Positions 8,581 to 18,933 of a stretch of DNA of 64,000 bases are shown here, piece after piece. Every line of letters begins with the position of its first letter. Position 1 is the first letter of the stretch. The stretch is from Candidatus Levyibacteriota bacterium (GTDB lineage Bacteria; Patescibacteriota; Microgenomatia; Levybacterales; UBA12049), in the NCBI GenBank assembly GCA_016214555.1, contig JACROF010000002.1:5416-69415 (forward strand), given 5' to 3'. The notes beneath the pieces are model-generated. The model worked only from the letters and a program-made list of their open reading frames with translations. It did no database searches and was not told the DNA's origin. The translations under genes were made by a program, and so were the position numbers.

Positions 8581-10266
8581 GTGCCCCGTAGTAAATCTGC
8601 TCATACAAAAACAAAATATATATTTGTCTCCGGAGGAGTCATCTCAGGAATCGGAAAAGGCCTAACAGCATCATCCATTGGTCTTCTTCTTAAATCCGCC
8701 GGCTATTCCGTCGCCCCCATAAAATTTGAAAATTATCTTAATTTAGATGCCGGAACAATTAACCCTATAGAACATGGCGACCCCTTTCTCTGTGAGGACG
8801 GAACAGAGACGGATATGGATATCGGTTCTTATGAAAAATTTCTTGACCAAGACATGGGGAAAGATAATTTTGTTACGATGGGACGAATTTATCAGACTGT
8901 TTTTGATAAAGAAAGGCGTTTTGAGTACAAAGGAGAAGATGTTGAGGCAATTCCTCATGTGACTGATGAGATTATTCATCGCATCCAGTCTCTTGCTAGA
9001 AAGAAAAAGGCAGACATTATTCTTATTGAACTTGGTGGTACTGCAGGTGAGTACCAGAATGTTTTGTATTATGAAGCCTCCCGTATCATGACCCTCAAAA
9101 ATCCTGGGGATGTTGTGCATATTCATGTCAGCTACGTCCCAACGCCATCGCATCTTGGAGAGCCAAAAACCAAGCCAACACAGCTTTCTGTTAGGACGCT
9201 TAACTCGATGGGCATTCAGCCTGATTTCATTGTGGCTAGGTCAGCTCGCTACTTAGATAAAAGAAGAAGAGATAGATTTGCGCTTTTCTGTAATATGCAT
9301 CCTGAAGATATTATCTCAAATCCAGATCTTGATACAGTCTATGAAATTCCACTTACTCTTCATGAGCAAGGAATTGAGAAAAGAATACTCATGAAGCTTA
9401 ATTTGCCTGTAAAGTCTCCAAAGCTTCATGATTGGAAAATCTTTGTTGAAAAGATAAAGTCTGAGAAAAAGAAAAGAATTGAGATTGCCATTATTGGGAA
9501 GTACTTTGGAACAGGAGAGTATCAGTTACGTGACTCCTATGCAGCTCTTTTTGATGCTATTGATCATGCAGCAACTTTTGAGGGAGTTGAGGTCGTGACT
9601 CGGTGGGTAGACGCTGAAAAAATTACTCCAAAAAATGCAGTTGAGATGGTTGGAAATCCATCAGGCATTATTGTTCCCATTGGTTGGGGCGAACGGGGAG
9701 CAGAAGGGATGATTGTTGCTGCAAATTACGCACGAGAAAAAAAGATACCTTATCTTGGGCTATGCTACGGGATGCAGTTAGCAGTTGTTGCCTATGCTCG
9801 CTACGTTCTTGGGTTAAAAAAGGCTAATACCGAAGAAAACGATACAGCATCTCCCGACAAGGTAATTCATTTTATTCCTAACCAGCGAGAATTGATTAAG
9901 CAAAGGGCGTATGGCGGAACGATGCGACTTGGGGGATGGGAGGCTGTTGTTAAAAAAGGAACGACTGCTTATGGGGCATATGAAAAGTATGGAGGGTTAC
10001 TAGACAAGAAAACAGGTTTGACGAGCGAGAGGCATCGACATCGATACGAATTTAACAATGACTATGCAGAAAATTTTGAAAAGAATGGACTTGTGATTGC
10101 AGCCCGGTCTGTTAAGGAAAATTTAGTAGAGATTGTTGAGTTGCCAAAATCAGTACATCCATTTTATCTAGGCACTCAGGGTCATCCCGAATACAAGAGT
10201 CGTCCACTTGCTCCACATCCTCTTTTTATTGCTTTTTTAAGTGCTTGTAAGGGGCACAAGAAGTAA
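8581..10266 (+). CDS. pyrG: CTP synthase
   Basis: KYIFVSGGVISGIGKG, KTKPTQ, GLCYGMQ, ERHRHRYE, QGHPE. Confidence 0.97.
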   Translation: MPRSKSAHTKTKYIFVSGGVISGIGKGLTASSIGLLLKSAGYSVAPIKFENYLNLDAGTINPIEHGDPFLCEDGTETDMDIGSYEKFLDQDMGKDNFVTMGRIYQTVFDKERRFEYKGEDVEAIPHVTDEIIHRIQSLARKKKADIILIELGGTAGEYQNVLYYEASRIMTLKNPGDVVHIHVSYVPTPSHLGEPKTKPTQLSVRTLNSMGIQPDFIVARSARYLDKRRRDRFALFCNMHPEDIISNPDLDTVYEIPLTLHEQGIEKRILMKLNLPVKSPKLHDWKIFVEKIKSEKKKRIEIAIIGKYFGTGEYQLRDSYAALFDAIDHAATFEGVEVVTRWVDAEKITPKNAVEMVGNPSGIIVPIGWGERGAEGMIVAANYAREKKIPYLGLCYGMQLAVVAYARYVLGLKKANTEENDTASPDKVIHFIPNQRELIKQRAYGGTMRLGGWEAVVKKGTTAYGAYEKYGGLLDKKTGLTSERHRHRYEFNNDYAENFEKNGLVIAARSVKENLVEIVELPKSVHPFYLGTQGHPEYKSRPLAPHPLFIAFLSACKGHKK

Positions 10267-10315
10267 ATTTTCACTCCTCTTGAGTTTATATTCATCCTTT
10301 TGCTATAATACGTTC

Positions 10316-10609
10316 ATGATTTCAACAATTGATTTTGCAGCAGGTGACGTCGTTCGTGTTCATCAGAAAATCCAGGAAGGCGAAAAGACTCGAACTCAGG
10401 TATTTCAAGGAACTGTTATTCAAATCCGTGGTCGTGGAAACGACAAGAGTTTCACTGTTCGAAAAGTAGTTCAGGGTGTTGGTGTTGAAAAAATTTGGCA
10501 AATCGCATCCCCGACGATTGAAAAAGTTGAGATCAAAGAGCATCCTAAAAACCGTATTCGACGTGCTCGAATTACTTATATCCGAAAGTCCTCTAAATTT
10601 TCTTCATAA
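10316..10609 (+). CDS. rplS: 50S ribosomal protein L19 (start moved to ATG 10316)
   Basis: GDVVRVHQKIQEGEKTRTQVFQG, SFTVRK, GVGVEK, RRARITY. Confidence 0.93.
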   Translation: MISTIDFAAGDVVRVHQKIQEGEKTRTQVFQGTVIQIRGRGNDKSFTVRKVVQGVGVEKIWQIASPTIEKVEIKEHPKNRIRRARITYIRKSSKFSS

Positions 10610-10636
10610 CTTTCTTTTTTCTGTCATACTACAATA

Positions 10637-11017
10637 GTGCTTGAGTCAATGCATAACAAAAGGTCTGGCGCGCATGGAGAGGATCTTGCCTGTGAGTATC
10701 TAAAAAAGAATGGGTACAAGGTTCTTGAAAGAAATTTTAGAACGAGAAATGGCGAGATCGATGTTATCGCTATTGATACAAAGACAAAACCTCAGACCCT
10801 TGTTTTTATCGAAGTCAAAACGAGACAGTCCCAGCGTTTTGGAGACGCTTTTGAGTCAGTTCATTACCACAAAATGCAGGCGTTGACGAGGACAGCCTCT
10901 TACTACAAAGCAACTCATAGAAATTTACCTGAGCAACTGAGAATCGATGCAATCGCTGTCATGATTCAAGCAGATGGAGCTCTCTTAACACTTGAACATT
11001 TGAAAAACGTTAGCTGA
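10637..11017 (+). CDS. yraN: YraN (UPF0102) family nuclease-like protein
   Basis: GEDLACEYL, RNFRTRNGEIDVIA, VFIEVKTR, RIDAI; follows rplS. Confidence 0.9.
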   Translation: MLESMHNKRSGAHGEDLACEYLKKNGYKVLERNFRTRNGEIDVIAIDTKTKPQTLVFIEVKTRQSQRFGDAFESVHYHKMQALTRTASYYKATHRNLPEQLRIDAIAVMIQADGALLTLEHLKNVS

Positions 11018-11056
11018 CGCTTGAAGTCGTAAAAACAAAGTGCTATTCTATAGGAC

Positions 11057-12457
11057 ATGTACAACAAAAAAGTAAAGATCATTGCAACTATTGGCCCTGC
11101 AAGCAATTCCTACCATACACTTTTTGAGTTGGCAAAAGAAGGTGTCGATATATATCGCATAAATCTTTCCCATCAGCCTCACGATGAAATTGTTCGCTTG
11201 GTTTCAGACATGAGAAAAGTTGAGGAAAAAATTGGGCGTCCACTTACGATCATGGGGGACTTAGCGGGTCCAAAAATCCGTATTGGCAAAGTAGATAAAA
11301 ATGTCGTTTTGAAAAATAATGACAAAGTTGAGATCATCAGCAAAGCAGTGCTGGGAACCTCATCAAAACTCTCAGTTAATTATCCAACTATTATTGGGCA
11401 GCTCAAAAAGGGAGCCGAGATCTTTGTTGATGATGGCAAAATTCGTATGGTTGTTGAGGAAGAAGGAAAAGAGAAAGCTGTTGCAAAAGTTGTTGTGGGT
11501 GGGCCACTTGTTTCTTTTAAGGGATTTTATGCACAAGGGCTATCTCTTGAAAATCATGGATTAACGAAAAAAGATAGAGAAGACGTTGCACTTATGGTAA
11601 AGGCAGGTGTAGATGCGCTGGCTGTTTCATTTGTTCAGACAGAGAAAGACATTGAAGCTGTCAAGAAGCTATTACCCAATGATAAACAGCTTATGATCAT
11701 AGCCAAGATTGAGACAGCAAAGGCAATTGATAACATAGAGAAAATTATTGCTGTCTCTGATGGTGTCATGGTCGCCAGGGGAGATTTGGGGCTTGCCGTA
11801 CCAATGGCTGAGGTGCCTCATCTGCAAAAGCAATTGATTGAGATTTGTCTAAAAAAAGCAAAACCTGTCATCACGGCAACGCAAATGCTTGAATCGATGA
11901 CCAACAACCCACTTCCAACGCGTGCTGAGGTGACAGATGTTGCCAATGCGATTTTGGATGGGACTGATGCTGTCATGCTGTCAGGTGAAACAGCAATGGG
12001 AAAATTTCCTGTTGAGACAGTGAAAATGATGGCGCAAATCATAACAAGTGCGGTTCCTCATGTAACAAGACGTGAATTTGATCATGAGCAAGCTGTTGGG
12101 AATGCAGTAAGTAGCAACGTTGGACATGTTGCAGATCAGATTGGAGCTCGTCTTGTCGTCGCATTTACTCACCGTGGAAAAGCAGCGTCTCGTATCGCAA
12201 GGCACAGATCACAGCAGTCAATTATCGCACTTACCCCTGTCAAAGATACGCTCTATAGACTCAATTTTTCCTGGGGAGTCTTTCCTTTTGAGATCAATCC
12301 CACCAAAGGATTTATGGATATGGTTGATCAAGCAAAAAACATTGCTTTCAAAAATCCAGTCATCAAACTCCACAAGGGTGAGCCTTTTGTTATCGCAGCG
12401 GGCATGCCTTTTGGCCAAACAGGAACAACCAACATGATCCTAGTTGAAAAAGTCTAA
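11057..12457 (+). CDS. pyk: Pyruvate kinase
   Basis: KIIATIGPAS, DLAGPKIR, IAKIE, MVARGDLG, ATQMLESM, PTRAEVTD, MLSGETA. Confidence 0.97.
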   Translation: MYNKKVKIIATIGPASNSYHTLFELAKEGVDIYRINLSHQPHDEIVRLVSDMRKVEEKIGRPLTIMGDLAGPKIRIGKVDKNVVLKNNDKVEIISKAVLGTSSKLSVNYPTIIGQLKKGAEIFVDDGKIRMVVEEEGKEKAVAKVVVGGPLVSFKGFYAQGLSLENHGLTKKDREDVALMVKAGVDALAVSFVQTEKDIEAVKKLLPNDKQLMIIAKIETAKAIDNIEKIIAVSDGVMVARGDLGLAVPMAEVPHLQKQLIEICLKKAKPVITATQMLESMTNNPLPTRAEVTDVANAILDGTDAVMLSGETAMGKFPVETVKMMAQIITSAVPHVTRREFDHEQAVGNAVSSNVGHVADQIGARLVVAFTHRGKAASRIARHRSQQSIIALTPVKDTLYRLNFSWGVFPFEINPTKGFMDMVDQAKNIAFKNPVIKLHKGEPFVIAAGMPFGQTGTTNMILVEKV

Positions 12458-12482
12458 AGTTCATGCTATAACTTAGCTTACT

Positions 12483-13076
12483 ATGGCAGTGCAAACAGAA
12501 ACATCACCACATGTTGTTGACTCATCATCAGATTCTCATGATTGGGGTTATGATATTCTTCCTCAGGCTGAATCAGTAGAAAGAGGAAATGCAGCCCTCG
12601 TAGCTCTGGATCGTAATTTAGCGGCAGTCCCCAACGGAGAAGAATCCCGCCACCCTCTTGATATCGTTGTTGGTCCACCTGAAGCTCAGGATCTTTATGA
12701 TTTAGACTTAGAAATGAATCCTCTCAAGCGTCACCTTCATTGGGTAACAGATCCAGACTCTGAATATATGAGAAAACGAAATGCGGAAGCTCTTCAAAGA
12801 GAGGGTGAGCGTATTTCAAGTCGTATCGCTGAATTGCGTGCAAGAGAAACGGCTTTTAGAGAAAGATATGGAGATCCTTTAGCTGATGCGGCAATTGCCT
12901 ATCAAAGAGGGAGAAGAGAGCAGATGGGCAGAGTCACCTATAAAGACCAATATGTAGGATATGATGTTCCCCGTTCCGATCTGTCGTCTGCTATTGCTGA
13001 GGGCATAGAGCTTCAGCCGGCAGCAGAGAGAGCTACATGGGTTGAAGAGATTTTAGTGTTTGTTGATAGGAGATAA
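12483..13076 (+). CDS. Hypothetical acidic protein
   Basis: 197-aa ORF exactly filling the pyk-uvrB gap; no recognised motif. Confidence 0.65.
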   Translation: MAVQTETSPHVVDSSSDSHDWGYDILPQAESVERGNAALVALDRNLAAVPNGEESRHPLDIVVGPPEAQDLYDLDLEMNPLKRHLHWVTDPDSEYMRKRNAEALQREGERISSRIAELRARETAFRERYGDPLADAAIAYQRGRREQMGRVTYKDQYVGYDVPRSDLSSAIAEGIELQPAAERATWVEEILVFVDRR

Positions 13077-15089
13077 TTATTTCCCCTGCAGTAATCTGAT
13101 TTGATCACGAATAAGCATAGCTGTCTCAAAATCCATTTTTTCTGCATATTCCTTCATCTCTTTTCGAAGGTTTTTTATCAATTTTTCTTTCTCATCAGGC
13201 AGTAACACGTCTTTTTCTCCCATTTTGAGTAAAAAATCAAGCGAGGGTTTTGATTCTTTTATTTCTTGTTGTTCAATGAGTCGCGCTCTGATAGCTTTAT
13301 CGATAGTTTGAGGCGTAATGCCATGCTTCTTGTTGTATGCTATTTGAACTTCTCTTCGCCTTTCGACTTCATCAATTGCCGCTTTCATGGACTTTGTTAT
13401 GGTATCTGCATACATAATAACCTCACTGTCAATATTTCGAGCTGCTCGACCCATTGTCTGAATAAGGGATGTCCTGCTTCGCAAAAATCCTTCTTTATCA
13501 GCATCCAAAATGGCAACGAGAGTTACCTCAGGAAGGTCAAGTCCTTCCCGAAGAAGATTTATCCCCACCAAAACATCAACATCGCCACGTCGCAATTGAT
13601 CCAAAAGCTCTTGTCTATCAAGTGTCACAATGTCTGAGTGAAGATAGGTAACTTTGATATCATTTTCCTCAAGATAGGATGATAGCTCCTCAGACATTCT
13701 TTTAGTAAGTGTGGTCACAAGGACTCGTTGCTTTTTCTCAATACGCTTTTTAATCTCTGCAATAAGGTCAGCAATTTGTCCCTCCGTTGGTCTTACTGTA
13801 ACAATTGGGTCTACGATACCTGTCGGGCGGATAAGCTGCTCAGCAACGCCCTCATCCTCTTTGGCAAGTGATATTTCATATTCTTCAGGAGTCGCTGAGA
13901 CATAGACTGCCTGATCCACATGGCGCATGAATTCCTCAAATTTTAGCGGTCTGTTATCAAGAGCTGAAGGGAGTCTAAATCCATAGTCAATGAGGGTTTC
14001 CTTTCGTGATCTATCGCCATTATACATGCCTCTGACTTGGGGGAGAGTAATGTGGGATTCATCAATAATGAGTAACCACCCATCATGAGAAACGTTTTTA
14101 TCGTTGTAGTCAAAATAATCAATCAGTGTATAAGGGGGATCACCTGGTTTTCTTCCGTCAAAGTATATCGAATAATTTTCAATACCATTAACATATCCAA
14201 CCTCTCTGATCATTTCCAAGTCATATGTTGTTCGTTGCTTGATTCGTTGAGCTTCAATTAATTTGTTTTGTGAGGTAAGACTTGCTACGTGCTTTTCAAG
14301 ATCAGCATTAATCTTTGCAAAAGCGTTATCATAGCCTTTTGGATCGGTCATGTAGTGTTTGGCTGGGTAAATAACTGTTTTATCAAGTACTTGTAATACT
14401 TCACCTGTGAGCGGGTCAAACTCTGTAACGCTTGTGATTGATTTTTCTCCTAGTTCAACTCTTATTCCTGTATCCATATAGGCTGGAAGCACCTCAATTG
14501 TTCCACCTCGGACCCTAAATGTCCCTCTTCTAAATTCATAATCATTTCTATCGTACTGAAGATCAGAAAGCCTCACCATGATATCTCGTTGAGAGACAAT
14601 CATGCCTTTGGCAAGTTCAAGAACAAATTTCCCATACTCAACTGGTGAGCCTAAGTTGTAAATGCAGGAGACAGAAGAGACGACTATGACATCTTTCCTT
14701 GTCAAAAGATTTGTCGTTGCTGAAAGCCTGAGCTTGTCTATCTCTTGATTGATTTCAGCTTCTTTTTCGATATAGGTATCAGTTGTTGGCATATATGCCT
14801 CAGGTTGGTAGTAATCATAGTAGGAGACAAAATAAGAGACTGCATTGTCAGGGAAAAAATCCCTAAATTCCTGATAGAGCTGTGCAGCGAGTGTTTTATT
14901 ATGGGAAATAATAAGCGTTGGTTTTTGGACTTTTTGGATGACATTTGCCATAGTAAATGTTTTTCCACTGCCTGTAACTCCAAGAAGAACTTGATTTTTT
15001 TTGCCCATGAGAATACCGTTGGATAATTTTTCAATAGCTGTTGGCTGATCACCCGTTGGCTTGAAATTGGATTTCAATTTAAAATTCAT
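13077..15089 (-). CDS. uvrB: Excinuclease ABC subunit B
   Basis: GDQP, GVTGSGKT, YYDYYQPEAY, DESH, LLREGLD, C-terminal UVR motif. Confidence 0.98.
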   Translation of the reverse strand: MNFKLKSNFKPTGDQPTAIEKLSNGILMGKKNQVLLGVTGSGKTFTMANVIQKVQKPTLIISHNKTLAAQLYQEFRDFFPDNAVSYFVSYYDYYQPEAYMPTTDTYIEKEAEINQEIDKLRLSATTNLLTRKDVIVVSSVSCIYNLGSPVEYGKFVLELAKGMIVSQRDIMVRLSDLQYDRNDYEFRRGTFRVRGGTIEVLPAYMDTGIRVELGEKSITSVTEFDPLTGEVLQVLDKTVIYPAKHYMTDPKGYDNAFAKINADLEKHVASLTSQNKLIEAQRIKQRTTYDLEMIREVGYVNGIENYSIYFDGRKPGDPPYTLIDYFDYNDKNVSHDGWLLIIDESHITLPQVRGMYNGDRSRKETLIDYGFRLPSALDNRPLKFEEFMRHVDQAVYVSATPEEYEISLAKEDEGVAEQLIRPTGIVDPIVTVRPTEGQIADLIAEIKKRIEKKQRVLVTTLTKRMSEELSSYLEENDIKVTYLHSDIVTLDRQELLDQLRRGDVDVLVGINLLREGLDLPEVTLVAILDADKEGFLRSRTSLIQTMGRAARNIDSEVIMYADTITKSMKAAIDEVERRREVQIAYNKKHGITPQTIDKAIRARLIEQQEIKESKPSLDFLLKMGEKDVLLPDEKEKLIKNLRKEMKEYAEKMDFETAMLIRDQIRLLQGK

Positions 15090-15239
15090 AGGAGTATTCT
15101 AACATATACAAAATCAATTCTTAGATCTTACATCGAAAATCTCCATCAAAAATTTCAAAGCGAGTCATGTCTAAGACTTGAACCGTAATTTTGAGATTTA
15201 CATTTTACAATTTGAGATTGTTTGTTGTAGTACGTCTTA

Positions 15240-15269
15240 TTGACAAAAATACACGAAAAGTCGTATATT
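15240..15269 (+). promoter_or_regulatory. Probable lexA1 promoter with palindrome ACGA-AAAG-TCGT in the spacer
   Basis: TTGACA at 15240, TATATT 18 nt downstream. Confidence 0.5.
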
Positions 15270-15314
15270 TTTTACATACAGTTTTCTTCCCAAGTAGGAG
15301 AACTGCTCAACTGT

Positions 15315-15947
15315 ATGGCAGGCGTATTATATAGAAAAGAAAGAGAATTACTTACATTTCTCGCCCAATTCCAATCCAAAAATGGATATTCTCCAACACT
15401 TCGTGAGATGGCAGATGCAACAGGGCATCGAAGTGTTTCTACGATTCATGCAATTATCAGGAATCTGGTTGACAAAGGTTATATTCAAAAAGACGATGGT
15501 AACTCTCGAGTTCTTAAGATAAAAGACGATAGCGCTGTTTCAACTCTTGCAAAAGAGATCACTCCCTCAGTCGAGTTGCCTTTGATGGGTTTTATTGCAG
15601 CAGGTCAGCCACTTGAGCCTCATACAGATCCTAATGCAACTTTTCAGGTTTCAGCATCAATGCTCTCTGGTAAAAATACATCATATGTACTTCAAGTAAA
15701 GGGAGAGTCAATGATAGAGGATGGGATACTTGATGGAGATTTTGTTGTTATTGAAAAGGTTAGCACTGCAACAAATGGTGAGATAGTTGTCGCGCTCGTT
15801 GATGATAACTTAGCAACGCTTAAAAAGTTTTATAAAGAAGATGGGAGAATTATACTCAAGCCTGCAAATGCAAGAATGGAACCTATTTACCCTACTTCAC
15901 TTAGAATTCAAGGAAAGGTTGTCGGACTTGTGAGGAGATACCAGTAA
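15315..15947 (+). CDS. lexA: LexA repressor (copy 1; start ATG 15315)
   Basis: wHTH GYSPTLREMA, AAG cleavage site, VKGESM (Ser), TLKK (Lys). Confidence 0.92.
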   Translation: MAGVLYRKERELLTFLAQFQSKNGYSPTLREMADATGHRSVSTIHAIIRNLVDKGYIQKDDGNSRVLKIKDDSAVSTLAKEITPSVELPLMGFIAAGQPLEPHTDPNATFQVSASMLSGKNTSYVLQVKGESMIEDGILDGDFVVIEKVSTATNGEIVVALVDDNLATLKKFYKEDGRIILKPANARMEPIYPTSLRIQGKVVGLVRRYQ

Positions 15948-16006
15948 AAATGTCTGATAGTTGTCATGCAACTATGCTACATAGCCTGGTAGGATAAGCT
16001 TTATCG

Positions 16007-17581
16007 ATGAGTTTAACAAAAGATCACTTAGCACATTCTCCAGAAATTGCTCCATCACCACAACGCCACATAAATCTATCATCCAGCGAACTTCATAGTG
16101 CAGCAATTGAGAATCACGAGGGCGTTGAGACAGTAGACGGTGTCCTTGCGATTGACACCATGCCTGACACGGGAAGATCTCCAAAGGATAAATTTGTTGT
16201 TGAAGGAGTCGATGGCGTTGATTATGGGTCAGTAAATCAACCTATTTCACGTAATGACTTCAACCATGCACTTGCAAGCATTCAGGGCCACTTAGCATCG
16301 CAGCCAAACTTGTATTACCAAGACCTCAGAGTTGGCGCAGATTCGACGTATAGTCGAGATGTAAAAGTTGTCACAGAGCAAGCATCATCTGCTCTTTTTG
16401 CAAATGCTTTGTTTTTACCTCCAGTTACTTTTGGTTATATCGGAGAACAGCGTGCAGGTTACTCAATTTACCACGCTCCATCATTTAAGTTCAACGGAGC
16501 AGAGGATGGTGTAAGGTCTCATAAAGGCATTATTTATGATCCAGTAACCAGGACAATTCTCATTGGAGGAACCAAATATGCAGGAGAAATTAAAAAATCA
16601 GTTTTTTCTGCGATGCAATGCGATTTACCAGAGGACGATGTTGCAACGATGCATTGTTCTGCAAATATGTCTCGATATGGTGATGTGGCAATATTTTTTG
16701 GCCTATCTGGAACAGGAAAGACTACACTTTCAGCCGACCCTGAAAGAACGCTTATTGGTGATGATGAACATGGATGGTCTGATGATGGTGTGTTTAATTT
16801 TGAGGGAGGGTCGTATGCAAAACTTATTAATTTGTCAGAAAGCACCGAACCTCTTATCTATAGAGCAGTTCACAGAAAAGGAGCACTGCTTGAAAATGTT
16901 AATCTTGATGAGAACGGCAATCCCATTTTTGATGAAGGTGACGAAAATATGAGGGGAGCTTTTCCTATCTCATATATAAATGGAGCATCAAAAAATGGCG
17001 TTGGTGTTCACCCAAAGCACATTATTATGCTTACAGCAGATGCTTCAGGTGTGCTTCCCCCTGTGGCTCGGTTGTCAAACGATGAGGCTATCTTTCAATA
17101 TCTTTCGGGATATACATCAAAAGTTGCTGGAACTGAGATCGGCGTTACATCTCCTGAGCCTACTTTTTCGGCATGTTTTGGATCGCCATTTCTGACAAGG
17201 CATCCTTCTGAGTATGCAAGGCTCCTTGAGGATAAAATTAAAGAGCACAATCCCTCTCTTTGGCTTGTTAATACTGGTTGGCCTGGTGGTTACAGACCTG
17301 ATGGTCGGATGAAAATTCCTTATACGAGAAGCATTATCAGTGGTATTTTAGCAAGTAGTCTTGATGGCGTAGCATTTGAACGAGATGGGCTCGGGTTTAT
17401 GGTGCCAACGCGTCTTGATGGTGTGCCTTCTGAAGCTCTCCGTGCAGAGAATTACTGGAATGATCAGGAAGCATACCGCTTGGCAGGTCAGGAATTGGTT
17501 GGCAGATTTGAAGAGAATGCAGAAAAATTCTCAGGGAGAGTAAGACGTGATATTTTAGCTTCAGGTCCTCACATCTCCTAA
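16007..17581 (+). CDS. pckA: Phosphoenolpyruvate carboxykinase (ATP)
   Basis: TGRSPKDKF, YAGEIKKS, MHCSAN, GLSGTGKTTLS, IGDDEHGW, NFEGGSYAK, VNTGW. Confidence 0.95.
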   Translation: MSLTKDHLAHSPEIAPSPQRHINLSSSELHSAAIENHEGVETVDGVLAIDTMPDTGRSPKDKFVVEGVDGVDYGSVNQPISRNDFNHALASIQGHLASQPNLYYQDLRVGADSTYSRDVKVVTEQASSALFANALFLPPVTFGYIGEQRAGYSIYHAPSFKFNGAEDGVRSHKGIIYDPVTRTILIGGTKYAGEIKKSVFSAMQCDLPEDDVATMHCSANMSRYGDVAIFFGLSGTGKTTLSADPERTLIGDDEHGWSDDGVFNFEGGSYAKLINLSESTEPLIYRAVHRKGALLENVNLDENGNPIFDEGDENMRGAFPISYINGASKNGVGVHPKHIIMLTADASGVLPPVARLSNDEAIFQYLSGYTSKVAGTEIGVTSPEPTFSACFGSPFLTRHPSEYARLLEDKIKEHNPSLWLVNTGWPGGYRPDGRMKIPYTRSIISGILASSLDGVAFERDGLGFMVPTRLDGVPSEALRAENYWNDQEAYRLAGQELVGRFEENAEKFSGRVRRDILASGPHIS

Positions 17582-17602
17582 TCTCGTGATATAATTCTTC
17601 TC

Positions 17603-18205
17603 ATGATCAAAGCCGGAATTTTTGATATTGGTGGAGTTCTCCTCAACTGGAATAATAAGTATTTATTTGAGGACATCGATGAGACTTTACAGATTAGTCA
17701 ATCACAAAGACATAATGCGTGGAAGGAGAACATGGATCTTTTGGAGGTCGGCAAAATTTCAGAAAAAGAATTTTGGGATGGATTTGCGAGAGATGCGAAG
17801 GTTAGACAGGATATACCACAAAATCTTCTGAGTAGAGCATTTGAACAAAAATCTTTCATAAATAATGATGTGTTAGATATAGCAAGAGAGATGAGAAAAA
17901 ATGGATTCAAGACTGGAATTTTATCAAATACTAATACTCCTCATGCTCGATTTCTCAAGAGCCTTCAGCTATTTGAGTATTTTGATGTTGTAGTTCTTTC
18001 TCAGGAGACAGGGCACAGAAAACCAGAGCCTGAGATTTATCATTATACCCTCAAAAAATTAAATATTATTCCATCTGAAGCATTTTTTGTGGACGATTTG
18101 CCAGAAAATGTTGAAGCCGCAAATGAAATCGGGATTCATGGACTATTGTTTAAAGAAGCAGAAAAGCTTCGTTCAGCCATTATTGGATTGGGGGTTGAGC
18201 TATGA
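17603..18205 (+). CDS. HAD-family phosphatase
   Basis: FDIGGV, LSNT, KPEPEIY, FVDD..ENV. Confidence 0.9.
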   Translation: MIKAGIFDIGGVLLNWNNKYLFEDIDETLQISQSQRHNAWKENMDLLEVGKISEKEFWDGFARDAKVRQDIPQNLLSRAFEQKSFINNDVLDIAREMRKNGFKTGILSNTNTPHARFLKSLQLFEYFDVVVLSQETGHRKPEPEIYHYTLKKLNIIPSEAFFVDDLPENVEAANEIGIHGLLFKEAEKLRSAIIGLGVEL

Positions 18206-18933
18206 TGGGAATTCTTTATATCGTTGCAACTCCGCTTGGAAATCTTGATGACATTACTATCCGTGCGATTAAAACTCTTTTTTCTGTTGACGGTATTGCC
18301 TGTGAGGATACAAGAAAGGCTGGATTTCTTCTTCGTGAGCTTCAAAAAAGATATCCCGAACTTGCAAAACCTGCAAATGGCGAAAAATTCCAAAGAATGC
18401 TTTCGTACTATGAAGAAAATGAAAACAAACGCATTCCTGAGGTTATCACAGCATTAAAAAATGGTCTCAGCATAGCCTTAGTCTCTGATGCAGGTACACC
18501 GACAATTTCTGATCCTGGATTTCGTTTGGTTCGGGAGTGCGTCAAAGAAGGCATACCTGTTGAATCAATTCCAGGACCTTCAGCGGGTGTGCTTGCGCTT
18601 AGTCTTTCTGGACTGCCAACGGACAAATTTTTATTTCTTGGTTACCCTCCTCGAAAAGCAGGGAATAGAATGAGGTTTTTTGAAAATGCTAAAAAATCAC
18701 AAGAGAGTTTTGTATCAACGATCATTTTTTATGAAGCACCACATAGAATTGTTGCAACACTTAACGAATTAGCATCAGTATTTGGTGATATTGATATCGT
18801 TGTAGCAAGAGAGCTAACAAAAATGCATCAGGAAGTGCGTCGAGAGAAAATAAAGGATGCAATTGTTCATTTTTCCAAGCATGCACCAAGAGGAGAGTTT
18901 GTTTTATTATTGCACCCAACTTCTGAAGAATAA
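18202..18933 (+). CDS. rsmI: 16S rRNA C1402 2'-O-methyltransferase
   Basis: LYIVATPLGNLDDIT, CEDTR, SDAGTPTISDPG, YEAPHR, RELTK. Confidence 0.95.
   Translation: MMGILYIVATPLGNLDDITIRAIKTLFSVDGIACEDTRKAGFLLRELQKRYPELAKPANGEKFQRMLSYYEENENKRIPEVITALKNGLSIALVSDAGTPTISDPGFRLVRECVKEGIPVESIPGPSAGVLALSLSGLPTDKFLFLGYPPRKAGNRMRFFENAKKSQESFVSTIIFYEAPHRIVATLNELASVFGDIDIVVARELTKMHQEVRREKIKDAIVHFSKHAPRGEFVLLLHPTSEE

Noticed and set aside
15188-15222. Short direct repeat TTTGAGATT twice between uvrB and lexA1 as an operator
   Set aside because: AT-rich, only two copies and not seen at other repair genes; cannot be distinguished from chance.
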